Positions 38,832 to 52,005 of a DNA stretch of 64,000 nucleotides are shown here, in pieces (position 1 is the first letter of the stretch; each line of letters starts with the position of its first letter). Under the pieces are notes generated by a model, which was not told the origin of the DNA, did not search any database, and was given only the letters and a program-made list of their open reading frames with translations. The stretch spans positions 99,698,001-99,762,000 of the forward strand of contig NC_058368.1 in the NCBI RefSeq assembly GCF_018350175.1, given 5' to 3'. Source of the stretch: Felis catus (lineage: Eukaryota). The position numbers and the translations under genes were made by a program.

Positions 38832-41359
38832 GTAAGTAGTACAAATAATTAGAATTTAAAATTACACATGAGAACAGTGATATCACTAACATAATGGCAC
38901 AGGTCATTCCTGACTTCACTTCCTTTCATAAGAACAACCATAATCTCTTCAAAAACAAAACACCATTGAGAGAATCCTAGAACAAGAGAGTGAGGCTGAA
39001 GCACCCCTGGGGCCACATAGACCTACACAGACTGCATTAGAAGGGTAAGAGATGTGGCTACATGTTGGCCACACTGCCCTTCCCCCAGGCCAGCACAGCA
39101 CCACCTAGAGAGGGCTCCCCTGAGACTCAGGTTCCTCCAGAGGGAAAAGAAAACTCAGAAGGGACAACCAGCCCCCTCCCTTTGTAGAAGTTATGGGTCC
39201 CTTTGTGGGGGATTCCTACTCTGATCTTGCGCCACAGAGATTATAGGGGAATCTGTGGGCTCAGCCACTGGGAGTCTGACTGTGAGAGACAGCGAGACAG
39301 GGACTCGCAACAACAAGCACATGGATCTTGGCAGAACTTAACATGCAGTGCCCAAAGTAGTAATCCCAACCAGAAGCTATGTTCATCTGCAGAACCAAGT
39401 CAGGGGATGTACTCTGACCCAGAAACTTGATGAGGTGCAGATTTGCCTGATTAAACGAGGAGTTCTCCTGGCCTTTGAGCCCAGTTTACCCACACCCACT
39501 CAGGGTGCTGAATCATAGCCCCAACCACTGTGGAAAGTGCCTTCTAGCCTCATCTGACCCCAAGGGCTAATGACAACTCCTGGAAAGTGTGCAGCTCGGT
39601 GGCAATCAAGCTAAGAGGCAGATGAGCAGATAGCAGCATACCAAAGCAATACCAGCATAGAGGCTCCCCATGCTACACACTGACAGAGGATTAACTCATA
39701 GCCCATGCTGACTATGATTAACTCATAGCTGCAGGCCCCCCCAACTGGTGAGACTGGAAAGAGTAGTTTAGAGCATCCTCTCCTCGCCCACCTAGGCAAA
39801 AGAGCTGAAGCATAGTCCCATCCACTGGGAAGAGTGTCTTCTCAACCCAACTGGCCAAAAGAAGTGGTAGAAATGCCTGAAAAGTGTACAGCCCAGTGGA
39901 ACAGGAACTCAGAGAAGGGCAAACAGAGCTAATAGTTTGCAGAGTAAAGCCAGGGACCTTGTTTAGCCAGAGACCTTGTGGCGTGGGTCAGTTTGAGTTA
40001 ATGACAATAAACTAAGAGTTTTACTGGTTTTGGAACTGCTTCTCTGAGAGCAGGGAATCTAATCTGTAGCCCTTCTCATTGCTGAATGCAGCATTTAGTT
40101 TTTCCAACCAGGAAAACTTATCAGAACATACAGAAAGCTGTGTAACCCATTCAACAGCCCTACATGCATTGGCCTTTTAACAGAGAACACATTCTGGGAT
40201 TCTACCACCTGCAGAGCAAAAATGCTAGCCTCTGACCAAGAAATTCAGGGTGGACTTAGGCCTGATTTGAGCCTTCAAACAACAAACTCTTTAGTCTCTG
40301 AGTCCTGTCCTGCTGCCATGCCAGGGAAGGGAAGCTAATTCACAGCTATATCTGCTACTGAATATAGCCCATATTCGTGACCAGAGAAGCCACACAGACA
40401 TGGAGCCCTTCCTAAAGACTCATATAGGTAGAGAATCGAGCCAGCAGTCCTATCCAACTTTTCTCAGCCAGTAGCACATCCTCCCATCCCGTCCCTAGAG
40501 CTTGATTAGTTGCCACCCTCAAATAACCCATAATAGACCATAACCACCCAAACACATTGCCAGCACACACACACAGAAAACTAAACTGAACTGACTGGTA
40601 AAGAACTGTTTCTGCCAAGCAAACCTGTAAAGTCTTTTACAGGAGCCAGATTATTCAAGTTCACAGATCCAAAAAAAAAAAAAAATCAGATAATTATGAC
40701 ACCATCAAAGTAAATTAATAAAATTCCAATAATTACTGTAAAAATATAAAAATCTAGAACTTTCAGAGAAAGAATACAGAATAATCATTTTAAGGAAATT
40801 TAATGAACTACAGGAAAACACAGATACACAACTAAATGAAATTAGGAAAACAATGCATGAACAAAACGAGAAGTTTTATAAAGAAATAGCAAACTTCCAA
40901 ACAAACAGAAATCCTAAAGTTGAAAAATACAATAAATGCAGTGAAGAATTCAATAGTTTCAAAAGTAGACTGGATGATGTGGAAGAAAGAATTAGTGACC
41001 TGGAAGATAGGACATTGGAAATTACCCACTCAGAAGTGAAAAAAAAGGGGGGAGGAGGATAAGAAAGATTAAAGTCCCTATGGGAAACAAACAAACAAAA
41101 AAAAGAAACACTATTTTCAATATGGGAATTCCAAAGGGTGAAAAGAAAAAGAAAGAGACAGAAAGTATATTTAAAGAAATAATGGCTGATAACTTCTCTA
41201 CATGGGGAGAGAATTGGACATCCAGAACCAGGAGGCCCTAAAGATTCCAGATAGGCTAAACCCAAATATGACTACATTAAGATATATTGCAATTAAATCA
41301 TCAGGAGTCAAGACACAGAAAGAATTTTAAAAGCAGCCTGACAAAAGAGAATAATGTAC

Positions 41360-42977
41360 CATTTATGTGCATTAAAAGTAAACAAAACAAAACAAAACAC
41401 TAATTAACATCATAAAAACACAAAAAGTTTGATTATATCAAACTTAAAAGCTTTTTTTACAGTGAAGGAAATCAAACAGTGAAACAAAAAGGCAACATAC
41501 CAAATGGAAGAAAATATTTGTAAATGATGTATCTGATAAGGGGTTAATATCCAAGATATATAAAGAAACCATTCAGCTCAACACCACCAAATTAAAAAAC
41601 AAACAACAAAACCCAAGTAATCCAATAAAAAATGGGCAAAGGACATGAATACAGTTTATTTCAAAGAAGATATACAGAAGGCCAACAGACACATGAAAAT
41701 ATGCTCCACATCACTAATCATCAGGGAAACACAAATCAAAACCACAGTGAGATAGCCCTGATACCCGTTAGAATCACCAGTATGAAAAATACAAGAAATA
41801 ATAAGTGTTGACAAAGATTTGGAGAAAAGGAAACTTTTGTGCACTGTTGGTGGTAAAGCAAATGGTTACAGTGGAGAACAGTATGGAGTTTCCTCAGAAA
41901 ATTAAAAATAGAAATACCACATAATCCAGTAATTGCACTTTTTTTTTTTTACCAAAGAAAATAAAACTACTAATTTAAAAAGATATACACAAGACTATGT
42001 TTATTGCAGCATTATTTAAAATAGCCAAGATATGGAAACAACTCAAGTGTCCATCAATACATGAATGTATAAAGAAGATGTGGTATAATATATGCAATGA
42101 AATAACATTCAGCCATAAATATGAATGAAATCTTGCCATTTGTGAGAACATGGATGGACCTAGAGGACATATGCTAAGGGAAATAAATAAGAGAAACACA
42201 AATATACTATTGCATCTATATGTGGAATCTAAAAAAACAAAACAGGGGCACCTGGGTGGCTCAGTTGGGTAACTGGTTGAGTCTTGGATCATGATCTTGT
42301 GGTGCGTGGGATCGAGCTACACATTGAGCCCTGCGCTGACAATGCAGAGCCTGCTTGGGTTTGTCTCTCTCTCCCTCTCTTTTTGCCCCTCCCCTGCTCA
42401 TGCTTGCTCGCTCTGTCTCTCTTTTCTCAATATCAATAAATAAATAAACATTAACAACAACTAGAAAAAAATGGAACCTTTGGCTTCTGGCAGAGGCAAC
42501 GTGCTCGCCCCAAACTAGCACTTGCCTGGAGACTCTGCTGCTCTGGAAGGTTGTCAGCACTCTGTTTAAAAAATAAAATAAAGTAAAAACCAAAACAAAC
42601 AAACAAACAAAAAAAACAAAAACAGGATCATAGATACAGAGAATAAACTGGTGTTTGCTAGAGAGGACAAGAGTGAGGAGATGGATAAAATAGTTGAAGG
42701 GGATTAAAGGGAAAAACTTCTGGTTATAAAATAAAGAAATCAGAGAGAGAAAAGCACAGCATAGGGAACAGTTAATATTGTAATAATGTTGTATGGTGAC
42801 TATACTTATCATGAGGATCATTGAGTAAGGTATAGAAGTTTTGAATCACTATGTTATATACCTATTATATTACCTATATAATTACCTATATATTACCTAT
42901 ATAATTATTATATACTACCTATTATATAATATATAACTATTATAACATTACATGTCACCTATAATTCAATTAAAAAA
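41360..42977 (+). mobile_element. Nested carnivore L1 3' end (ORF2 C-terminus + 3' UTR) inside the older L1 ORF1
   Basis: aaatggaagaaaatatttg, tctgataaggggttaatatccaag, gaaatcttgccattt, gttgtatggtgac...gaatcactatgttata; host ORF1 resumes at ~43215. Confidence 0.85.
42245..42626 (+). mobile_element. Can-SINE plus ~95-nt 3' extra segment and second A-rich tail
   Basis: TSD aaaaaacaaaa(a)cagg at 42232-42246 and 42611-42626 encloses SINE + unique sequence. Confidence 0.85.
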
Positions 42978-42987
42978 TCATGGGATA

Positions 42988-43200
42988 GGGGCGCCTGGGT
43001 GGCGCAGTCGGTTAAGCGTCCGACTTCAGCCAGGTCACGATCTCGCAGTCCGTGAGTTCGAGCCCCGCGTCGGGCTCTGGGCTGATGGCTTGGAGCCTGG
43101 AGCCTGTTTCCGATTCTGTGTCTCCCTCTCTCTCTGCCCCTCCCCCGTTCATGCTCTGTCTCTCTCTGTCCCAAAAGTAAATAAACGTTGAAAAAAAAAA
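42988..43200 (+). mobile_element. Young SINEC_Fc-type Can-SINE
   Basis: Young diagnostics (ggcgcagtc, agccaggtcacg, ctgggctgatgg, tgtttccgattc, aaacgttg); perfect TSD aaaaaatcatgggata. Confidence 0.96.
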
Positions 43201-44154
43201 ATCATGGGATAATGAGATGACATATTTAAAATACTGAAAAAAAGCAACTGACCAAAAGACATGAAAACACAAAAAAAGACAGAAGGATAAGAAAGAGGGG
43301 GACAATGAATCTGCAAAACAACCAGAAAACAATAAAATAGCAATAGTAAGTCTTAATCTATCAATAATATTTAAATGTAAATGGATAAAATTCTCCAAAT
43401 AGAAGCTATAGAATGACTAAAAGAAATTAAAAAAAAAATATATATATATATGCAACAATATACTGTCTACAGAAGATACACTTTACCTTTAAATACACAC
43501 ATAGACTGAGAATAAAGGGGTGAAAGATATTTTAAGCAAATAACAGCTAAAAAAATAAAAGCAGAAGAGCTAAATTTACATCAGTTAAAATAGACTGCAA
43601 ACTAAAACTTGTAAAATGAGACAAAAAATGCTATTACATAATGATCAAAATATTAAGAAAATATAACAATGTAAGTATTTATGTGTCCAACATCAGAGCA
43701 CATAAATATATAAAGCAAAAACTAACAGAGTTAAAGGGAGAAATAAATGACAATACAACAATAATTGAGGTCTTTAATACCACATTCTTAACAATGGATA
43801 GACCATTCAGAACTAATAAGGAAACAGTGAATTTCAACACTATAGACCAAACGTACTTATCAGCCAATATACAGAACATTCTATCCAAAATACCAAAACA
43901 CACATTCTTCTCAATGACACATGGAACATTTTCCAGGATAGACCATATGTTAGGCCACAAAATAAGTCAACAAATTCAAGAAGAGTGAAATCATACCAAG
44001 GATTTCTGTTATCATAATGGCATGAAACTAGAAATCAATAACAAGAGGAAAACTGAAAAGTTCACAAATACATGGAAAGTAAACAACACTCTCCTGAACA
44101 ACCAAGGGATCAAAAAAGAGATTACACAATAACTAAAAACAGTATACTGAGACA

Positions 44155-44267
44155 GAGGTGCCTGGGTGGCTCAGTTGGTTAAGTGTCCTCATCGGGCTCT
44201 ATGCTGACAGCACAGAGCTTGGAGCCTGCTTCAGATTCTGTGTCTCCCTCTCTTTCTACCCCTCCCC

Positions 44268-44321
<54 letters not shown>

Positions 44322-44346
44322 AATAAACATTAAAAACATTTTAAAA
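44155..44346 (+). mobile_element. Can-SINE with internal deletion, inserted in L1 ORF2
   Basis: gttaagtgtcc joined to tcatcgggctct; TSD agtatactg(a/c)gaca. Confidence 0.9.
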
Positions 44347-46028
44347 AGAGTATACTGCGACAAAAATGCAAACACAACATACCCAACACACCAGAACTCA
44401 TGTGATGCAGCGAAAGTAATTCTAAGAGAGACGTTCATACCAATAAACACCTATATCAAAACACAAAACAGATTCCAAATAAACCACCTAACTGCTTTAG
44501 GAACTTGAAAATGAAGAACAAGCTGAGCCCAAGGTTATCAGCAGAAAGGAAATAATAAAGATTTGAGCAGAAATAAATGAAATAGAGAATAACAATAACA
44601 ATAGAAAAGATGAACCAAATTAAGAGTTGGCTCTTTGAAAAGATAAACAATATTGACAAACTCTTAGCTGGACTAACCAAGCAAACATCTTAAAAAGACC
44701 CAAATCAACAAAATTATAAATGAAATAGGTGACAGCATAACTGATAACACAAGAAATTCAAAGGATCATAAGAAGCTGCAATTAATAATCATACAACAAA
44801 CTAGGCAACATGGAAAACCAGAAAAATTCTTAGAAACAAAAAACTTACCAAGACTGAAACAGAATAAAATAGAAAGTCTAAGTGGACCAATTACGAGTAA
44901 GGAGATAGAATTAGTAGTCAAAAATATCCCTAAGGAGAAAAGCCAGGGACCCTCTAGCTTCACTGGTGAATTTTAGCAAATTCTAAAATTTCTAATTTCT
45001 TTAGATGTTCTAAAACATCTAAAGAAGAATCACCAATCTTCTCCAAATTCTTCCAAAAATCAAAGATAAATGAACATTTTCAAAACTCATTTTACAGGAC
45101 TACCATTATCCTGATACTACAAGTGAAAGAGTATACTACTAGGGAAAACAAAACAAAACAAAACAAAACAAAACAAAACACTACAGGCCAACATCCCTGA
45201 TGAATACACAAAAATTCTCAATAAAATACTAGCAAACAGAATTCAGCAGCCCATTAAACGGATAACACCACATAATCAAGTGGGATTTATCTAGTGAGAT
45301 GCTAGGATCTTTCAACATGTGCAAATCAATCAATGAGATACATTACATTAATAACACAGTGAAAAAATCCATATGATCATCTCAATAGACACAGAAAAAT
45401 TATTTGAAAAAATTCAACATCCATTAATGATAAAACCCTTAACAAATTAGGCATAGAAAGAACATATCTCCACATAACAAACACCATATGTGAGAAATGT
45501 TAGCTGTGGAGCTAACATCATATTCAATAGTGAAAAGATAAAAGGTTTTCCTCTAAGATCAGAAATAAGACTAGTGATCCCACTGTTACCACTCCTATTC
45601 AACATGGAACTAGATGTCCTAGCAAGAAATGGAAACAGCAGTTACCAGAATTGGAAAAGAATTGAAACTGTCTCTATTTGAGGGGACATGATTTTACATA
45701 TAGAAAATCCTGAGGACTCAACAAAAAAACTCTTAGATTTAATCAAAGTCTTCAGTAAAGTCACAAGATACAACATGAACATACAAAAATCAGTAGCCTT
45801 GCTATACACTAAGAACAAAATTTTTGTGACAGAAATTTAAAAGTCAATCCCATTTACAATAACATTGCAAGCAATAAAATATTTAGGAATAAATTTAAGT
45901 AAGGAGGTGAATGAGCTCATGCTGAAATCTACAAGGCATTGTTGCAAGAAGTTGAAGAAGACACAAATAAATGGAAAGGTATTCCATGTTAATAGAACAA
46001 AAGAATTAACACTGTTAAAATGTCAATA

Positions 46029-46366
46029 CAGTTGACAAATGGGTGTGAACTGCATGGGTCCACTTACACAGTTTTGTTTTGTTTTTTTATAAATAATGTA
46101 TAGCACTGTACATGTATTTTTTTCTTCCTTACAATTTTCTTTAACATTTTCATTTCTCTGGTTTACTTTATTGTAACAATACAATATATCATATATGTAA
46201 TACATAGAATATATAAAATATGTGTTAATTGACTGTTTATATTATCTGTAAGACTTCCACTCAACAGTAGGCTATTAGTAGCACTTTGGGGAGTCAAAAA
46301 TTATACATGGATTTTTGACTGCATGAGAGTCATGCCCCTAACCCCTGTTTGTTCTAAGATCAACTA
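46029..46366 (+). mobile_element. Tigger2a-type (TcMar-Tigger) non-autonomous DNA transposon
   Basis: TA|CAGTTGAC...gatcaacta|TA ends; internal gaactgcatgggtccactta, tcaacagtaggctattagta, ggggagtcaaaa; L1 ORF2 (INTVKMSI/…RFNAIP) is contiguous across it. Confidence 0.88.
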
Positions 46367-48051
46367 TACCACCAACACCATGTAGAGATTCAATGCAATT
46401 CCTATTAAGATTCTAATGGAATTTTTTACAAAAGTAGAAAAAAAAAAACACTCCTAAAATGGATATGGAACCACAAAAGACTGTGAGTAGCCAAAGAAAT
46501 CTGTGGAAGAAGAGCAAAGCAGAAAGTATCACACTTCCTAATTTCAAGCTATACTATAAAGCTAAAGCCATCAAAACAGTATGGTACTGGCATAAAAACA
46601 GACAAATAGACCAATGTAACAGAATCAAGAGTCCAGAAATAAATCCTAGCATATATAACAAATTATTATTTGACAATGAAGCCAATAATACTTGATGGAG
46701 AAAAGACAGTCTCTTCAATAAATAGTGCTGAGATAATTGGATATTCACATGTAAAAGAATAAAACTGGACCCAAATCTTAAGCCACTTCACAAAAATTAA
46801 CTCAAAATAAATAAAGACTTAAGTGTAAGAATTGAAACCTCAAACCCATACAAGGAAACATAGGAACAAACTCCTTGACCTGGGTCTTGGTAACAGTTAT
46901 TTGTATATGACTTCTAAAACATAAGAGACAAAATAAAAAATAAAGTGGGACTACATTGGACTACAAAGCTCCCGCACAGTGAAAGAAATCATCAATGATG
47001 TGAAAATACAATCTACAGAACAGGAAAAAAATATTTGCATACCATATATCAGATATGGTGTCAACCTAAAAAAAAAAACAAAAACAAAAACCACATAAAG
47101 GACTCATACAACTCAAGAGCAAAGAACAAGTAATCTGATTTTAAAATGTGGGCAAAGGATCTGAATAGACATTTTTTCAAAGAAGACATATAAAAGGCCA
47201 ACTGGTACATGAAAAGATGCTCAATAGCACTAGTCATTGGGGAAATGTAAATTAAAAGTGCAATGAGATCTCATCTTATGTCTGTTAGAATGGGCATCAA
47301 AAAAAAAAAAAAGACAAAAGATAGAAATGCTGGCATGGATGTAAACAATAGGAAATCCTTGTGCCTTATCAGTGGGATTTTAAATTGGTGCAGCTACTGT
47401 GGAAAAGAGCATGGAGAATTCTCAAAAATGAAAAATAGAACCACCATATGGTCCAGGAATTACACTTCTGGGAATATGTTCAAATGTAATGAGAATACTA
47501 TTTCACAAAGATACCTGCACTCCATGATCATAACAGCATTATTTACAATAATTAAAACACGGAAATAACCTAAGTGTCCACTGATGGATGAACGAATAAA
47601 AGAGTTGTTATGCAAACACACACAACGTATGTACATACAATGGAATTTTATTCACCCACAAAAAATGAGAAAATCATACCATTTGCAACAAGTGGATGGA
47701 CCTTGAGGACAATATAATAAGTGAAATAAGTCAGATAGTGAAAGACAAAAATTGTACAATGTCACTTATGAGGAATCCAAAACACTAAACTAATAGAAAA
47801 AGAGATCAGACTCATGTGTTACACAGAGGTGGGGTTAGGAGAAGAGAAAACTAAAGGAAGGTAGTCAAAAGGCGAAAGTTTCCAGTTATAAATAAATAAG
47901 TATATATAAATAAATATATACTAGGGGTATAATGTCCATTGTGATGACTATAGCTAATGCTACTGCATGATGTATAGAAAAGTCATTAAGAGATTAAATC
48001 CTAAGTGATCTCACCACAAGGAGAAAATATATATTTTTTATTCTTTCTTCC

Positions 48052-48052
<1 letters not shown>

Positions 48053-48094
<42 letters not shown>
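48053..48094. repeat. (CA)n microsatellite
   Basis: Direct reading. Confidence 0.96.
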
Positions 48095-48095
<1 letters not shown>

Positions 48096-48097
<2 letters not shown>

Positions 48098-48684
48098 TGG
48101 CCAACAAGCACATGAGAAGATACTCAATATCACTAATCATTAGGGAAACGAAAATAAAACCAGGAGGTATCACCTCACACCCTTTAGGATAGCTACTAAC
48201 AAACAGAAAACCACAAACACTGGTGAGGACAAAGAGAAACTGGAACCCTCACATACTGTTGGTAGAAATGGAAAATGGCAGAGCAAGTGGGGAAAATGAT
48301 AGCAGTTCCCCAAAAAATCAGAAACAGAATTACCGTATGATGCAGGAAATCTAGGTATTCACTCAAAAGAATGAAAAGCAGGGTCATGAAGAGATATTTG
48401 TACAACCATGTTCATAGCAGCCTTATTCACAATAGCTAAAACATGGAAGCGACCAAAATATCCATGGATGCATGAATGGATAAGTAAAATGTTGTATATA
48501 CATGCAATGAAATATTATTCAGCCTTAAAAAGGAAGGAAATTGTGACACAGGCCTACAGCATTTGTAAATCTTGGGGACATTATTCAAAGTGAGGTAGGG
48601 CAGATAAAAGGATAGTCGCTATATGATTCCACGTATATGAGGAATGTAGAGTGGTCAATTCATGCAGATAAGAGACCATAATGA
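48096..48684 (+). mobile_element. L1MB-like ORF2 end/3' UTR fragment
   Basis: aatggccaacaagcacatgagaagatactcaatatcactaatcattaggg; MFIAALFTIAKTWKRPKYP. Confidence 0.88.
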
Positions 48685-48729
48685 TGCACTGGCAGTGCAG
48701 AGCCTGCTTGCGATTCTCTATCTCTCTGC

Positions 48730-48771
<42 letters not shown>

Positions 48772-48818
48772 AAATAAATAAATAAATAAACTTAAAAAAC
48801 AAAAACAAAAACAAAACC
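48685..48818 (+). mobile_element. 5'-truncated Can-SINE
   Basis: gcagagcctgcttgcgattctct, (CT)n, aataaa tail. Confidence 0.85.
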
Positions 48819-48829
48819 AATGGGCCGAA

Positions 48830-49037
48830 TAAAAACCATGGTCTATAAAGATAAGACCATTGTCCCCAGAGATAAGAATGGCTTTTATATTTTAAAGGCT
48901 TACAAGAAAAACAACAACAACAACAACAAACAAAGAATGTGTGACAGAAATTGCATGGCTTGCAAGTAGGTGGCCTGCAAATCCTAAAATATTCACCATA
49001 TGACCCTTTGAAGAAAAAGTTTGTCAACCAACCTCTG
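48830..49037 (+). mobile_element. MER58-like hAT-Charlie MITE fragment
   Basis: gataagaatggcttttatattttaaagg and gtggcctgcaaatcctaaaatattcaccatatgaccctttgaagaaaaagtttg. Confidence 0.7.
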
Positions 49038-51132
49038 CTCTATAGAGTCTAGAACATAGGTGGAGCCCTAAATTTAGCTTTTATTTCAAGGCAATTGCCT
49101 GACTTAACACCCGTGACTTATGTTTTGTTTTCTGTTTGTTTGCTTGTTTTTGTTTTCTTTTCTTTTTAATGGACTCTTAGAACCTTGAGGCAAAAAAAAA
49201 AAAAAAATGCAGATACTGTCCAAATTGTAAAGCATATTAGGAGAATGCCCAATCCAAAAGATAACATTATCAGAGTAAGGGAGTCCTGGAAACACAGGTG
49301 CATACACAGGGTGCCACAAAGAAAATGGTCTACCCCCAAAACCGTCACTGACTAAAGAGGAATAAATCCCTCCGAAGGATTTGCAACCTTAATTCAGCTT
49401 TTATATGTTTGTAGCTTGAATCCATATAACCTGAAAGGCCTGAAAAATCTCACAGCGAGAAGTTAGTATCAAGTGGCCCTCTTTGGCAAGGAATATATTC
49501 CAATATCTTGGCAGAAGCAAACGTAAGTATGCTCTACAAGGACCTCTCTTAATTGAAGAATCAGAGAATTCTCATGGATGGGCTCTGAATAAAAACGACC
49601 ATACATTAAAAAAAAATCATAAAACACCTAGGCTTAATGAAGAAGATAGTAGCAAATGACTTATAAAGACTTAAAATACCAGCATTATGAAACAGAACAT
49701 AAAGTAAGTATGCTTACTATGTTTTAATCCACAAAAAATATAAGAAGCATTATAGAGAGCCAGAAGCCATAAAAGTTAGCCCACCTTGGTGGTAACTGAT
49801 CCATGGAAAGCACCCCAGGCATAGGTATCTGCTAAAGCCTACCTGCACAATCCAGGAGGTTCCCTCCTGTCCCTGGGGCACCTCTCCACTCAGCATAACT
49901 CTTGCCTCAGCACCCACAATAGATAAGAGATGCTGTCATTTATTTCTTGCTGGTATGTGTGAGGTGCTTCTTCTTCCTAGATGGTATTACCTGCATATTT
50001 CCCACCTCCTTCTAGGAAAACCATTAGATATTCTAGAAGGAGGTGATCTGGTCTTGTGATGGTTGAGTACCTAGTGAGTTCTCTGTGTATTGTCTAGTAG
50101 GTACTGGAGTAGTTGTGTTGGCTGCGGACAGCTCTACTCTCTTATCACCCTCAGCCCCAAATTCCTGACCAATCTTGAAACAAATGATAGGAAGGTGGGT
50201 CTAGGGGTCTGTGGACATAAACATCATCCACAATTCACTGTATGGGAAAGAAAAAGGACTCTAGATATAAAAAGCGGAAAGGGATTTATTATGAAAAATT
50301 AAGGATAAAAGAACAAAATCTAGTTTGTTTTTAGTCTAGACTTTGCAGAACTGGATAAGGGATTTTCGAAAAATCCGTTTTGAGGCTTCTACAACAGGAC
50401 TGGTCTAGACGGTTAAACCTGCCCCTATCAGGCCCCTGCCCAAAGACACTACAGCCCTAGGGCACATGGTCTCAACTCTTTAATGGACCCTTCACTTGCA
50501 TTTACCATGAGATGCTCCCATAAGCAGATCACAACCTCAGGTGTACTTAAATACCTATAGAAACAGAAGAGATACAACTTCATTTTTTCCCATCCGTAGA
50601 AAAATTCTTATACCCAGCATTTTATATATTTATTCTTAAATTTGACACTTATTCCTTCTATAAAAGGAAAACCGCACAACTAATAGATAGATAGCATCGT
50701 AGATACCAACCATAGATTTATATAATCAAGTAACCATATGTTCAAGAATTCTGCCCTGGGAGAAAACCAACCCAGAAGTGAAGCTTTAAATGTTGTTTTC
50801 CTTTTTTAAATTTCTATTTTTTAAATGGTAATAGTGTAAGTGGATTTGAATGCCAAGAAATGGATGTCTCTATAATTAATGAGAAAAGAATAACTTTCAC
50901 ATTGCATTGGCAGAGATGTTTATGCTAATTTTCAATAATTGAGGAAGTGTGGCTAATAAATAATATTCTAAATTTAAATATCATTTTTGTCAATAGGTTT
51001 TGACAATGATACTTACATTACCACAGGAATCATTCAGCAATGCAGTGTCTCAAATAGCATGCTACAATTAGCTTTTTGTTGCTGTTTTTCTTCTTCTTCC
51101 TCTTTGTTTTCTTAACACAAATTCCGAACTAG

Positions 51133-51271
51133 ATATCTGTGACAGCAGAGTCATTACCTGAAAAAAATTCAACTCAGCAAAGAGAGAGTTTTTATATTGA
51201 GAAGTCAAATAATGAAACATTTGTCATTTCACTCAGACATGTCAGGGACACACCATTTGCCAGTCATTGTA
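51133..51271 (+). other. Candidate (pseudo)exon, C-terminal half of an Ig-V-like domain
   Basis: Long polypyrimidine tract then actAG; GTAAGT donors at 51272 and 51372; open frame ISVTAESLPEKNSTQQRESFYIEKSNNETFVISLRHVRDTPFASHC with two NxS/T sequons. Confidence 0.35.
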
Positions 51272-52005
51272 GTAAGTGATGATAGTGTAGAAATGAGCCA
51301 GGCTCCTTTCTTTTTCTTAAGGAAATGGCAGCCCAGCACTCTCACTGGAAGATTCATAAACAAGTGAAATAGTAAGTCAAATAGATAGCCTTTAATTGCA
51401 ACATGCACAGAGGAAGGGTAACAAACTCTGGCTTCCAGTCTTGAAGAACAGAGAAAAATAATGGCATCCTGGTTTCAGATGTTAGCATTCTCCGTAAGTA
51501 AGTGGCTTGAGTGCCTCAGAGGGAAAATCTAGAAAGGCTATTAGTACCATGTCACAGCGAGAGGCACAGGGATTTGGTGTTAACTCCTGCCCCATGACAA
51601 AGGCTTACATGTTTGTAGATCTAGCCATAATTACCTCGTGTAGAAGCATAATCATTATGGAAAGTCCAGTTCTACTATTAGCTGCCTCATACAAGGTCCA
51701 ATAATGGATGAAGGTCAGAGACTGTCTTCTTTTGCCTCACTTTCTTTTATCTCTATCAAGACTGCATTACCAAACATCTACTCCTCAACACTTTCCTCTT
51801 TCATACTTATTTCGAATAAGAACTATTCAGACAAACTAGGTTGGGAAGGGCATCATCTTGGGTCCCCTAAGAAATAGATGCCAAGATAGAATTAGCAATG
51901 TAGGAGATTGAATGTAATGTCTATAAAAGATATAAGGGGAGGGAGAAAGAGTAGGCAGAGAGTGAGTTTAGACCATGATGCTGGTCTAAAAACTGCCAAA
52001 CATTA

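Larger units (their letters stand above)
38870..48050 (+). mobile_element. Near full-length decayed L1 (L1MA9-like): 5' UTR ~38870-40600, ORF1 remnant ~40690-41350, ORF2 remnant ~43340-47730, 3' UTR to ~48050
   Basis: ORF1 peptide EEFNSFKSRLDDVEERISDLEDRTLEI; ORF2 peptides HGTFSRIDHMLGHK, FPLRSEIR and [29 protein letters not shown]; many stops and frameshifts. Confidence 0.92.

Noticed and set aside
40853..48593. ORFs similar to L1 ORF1p/ORF2p
   Set aside because: Short fragments of decayed L1 with many stops and frameshifts; no intact, active element.
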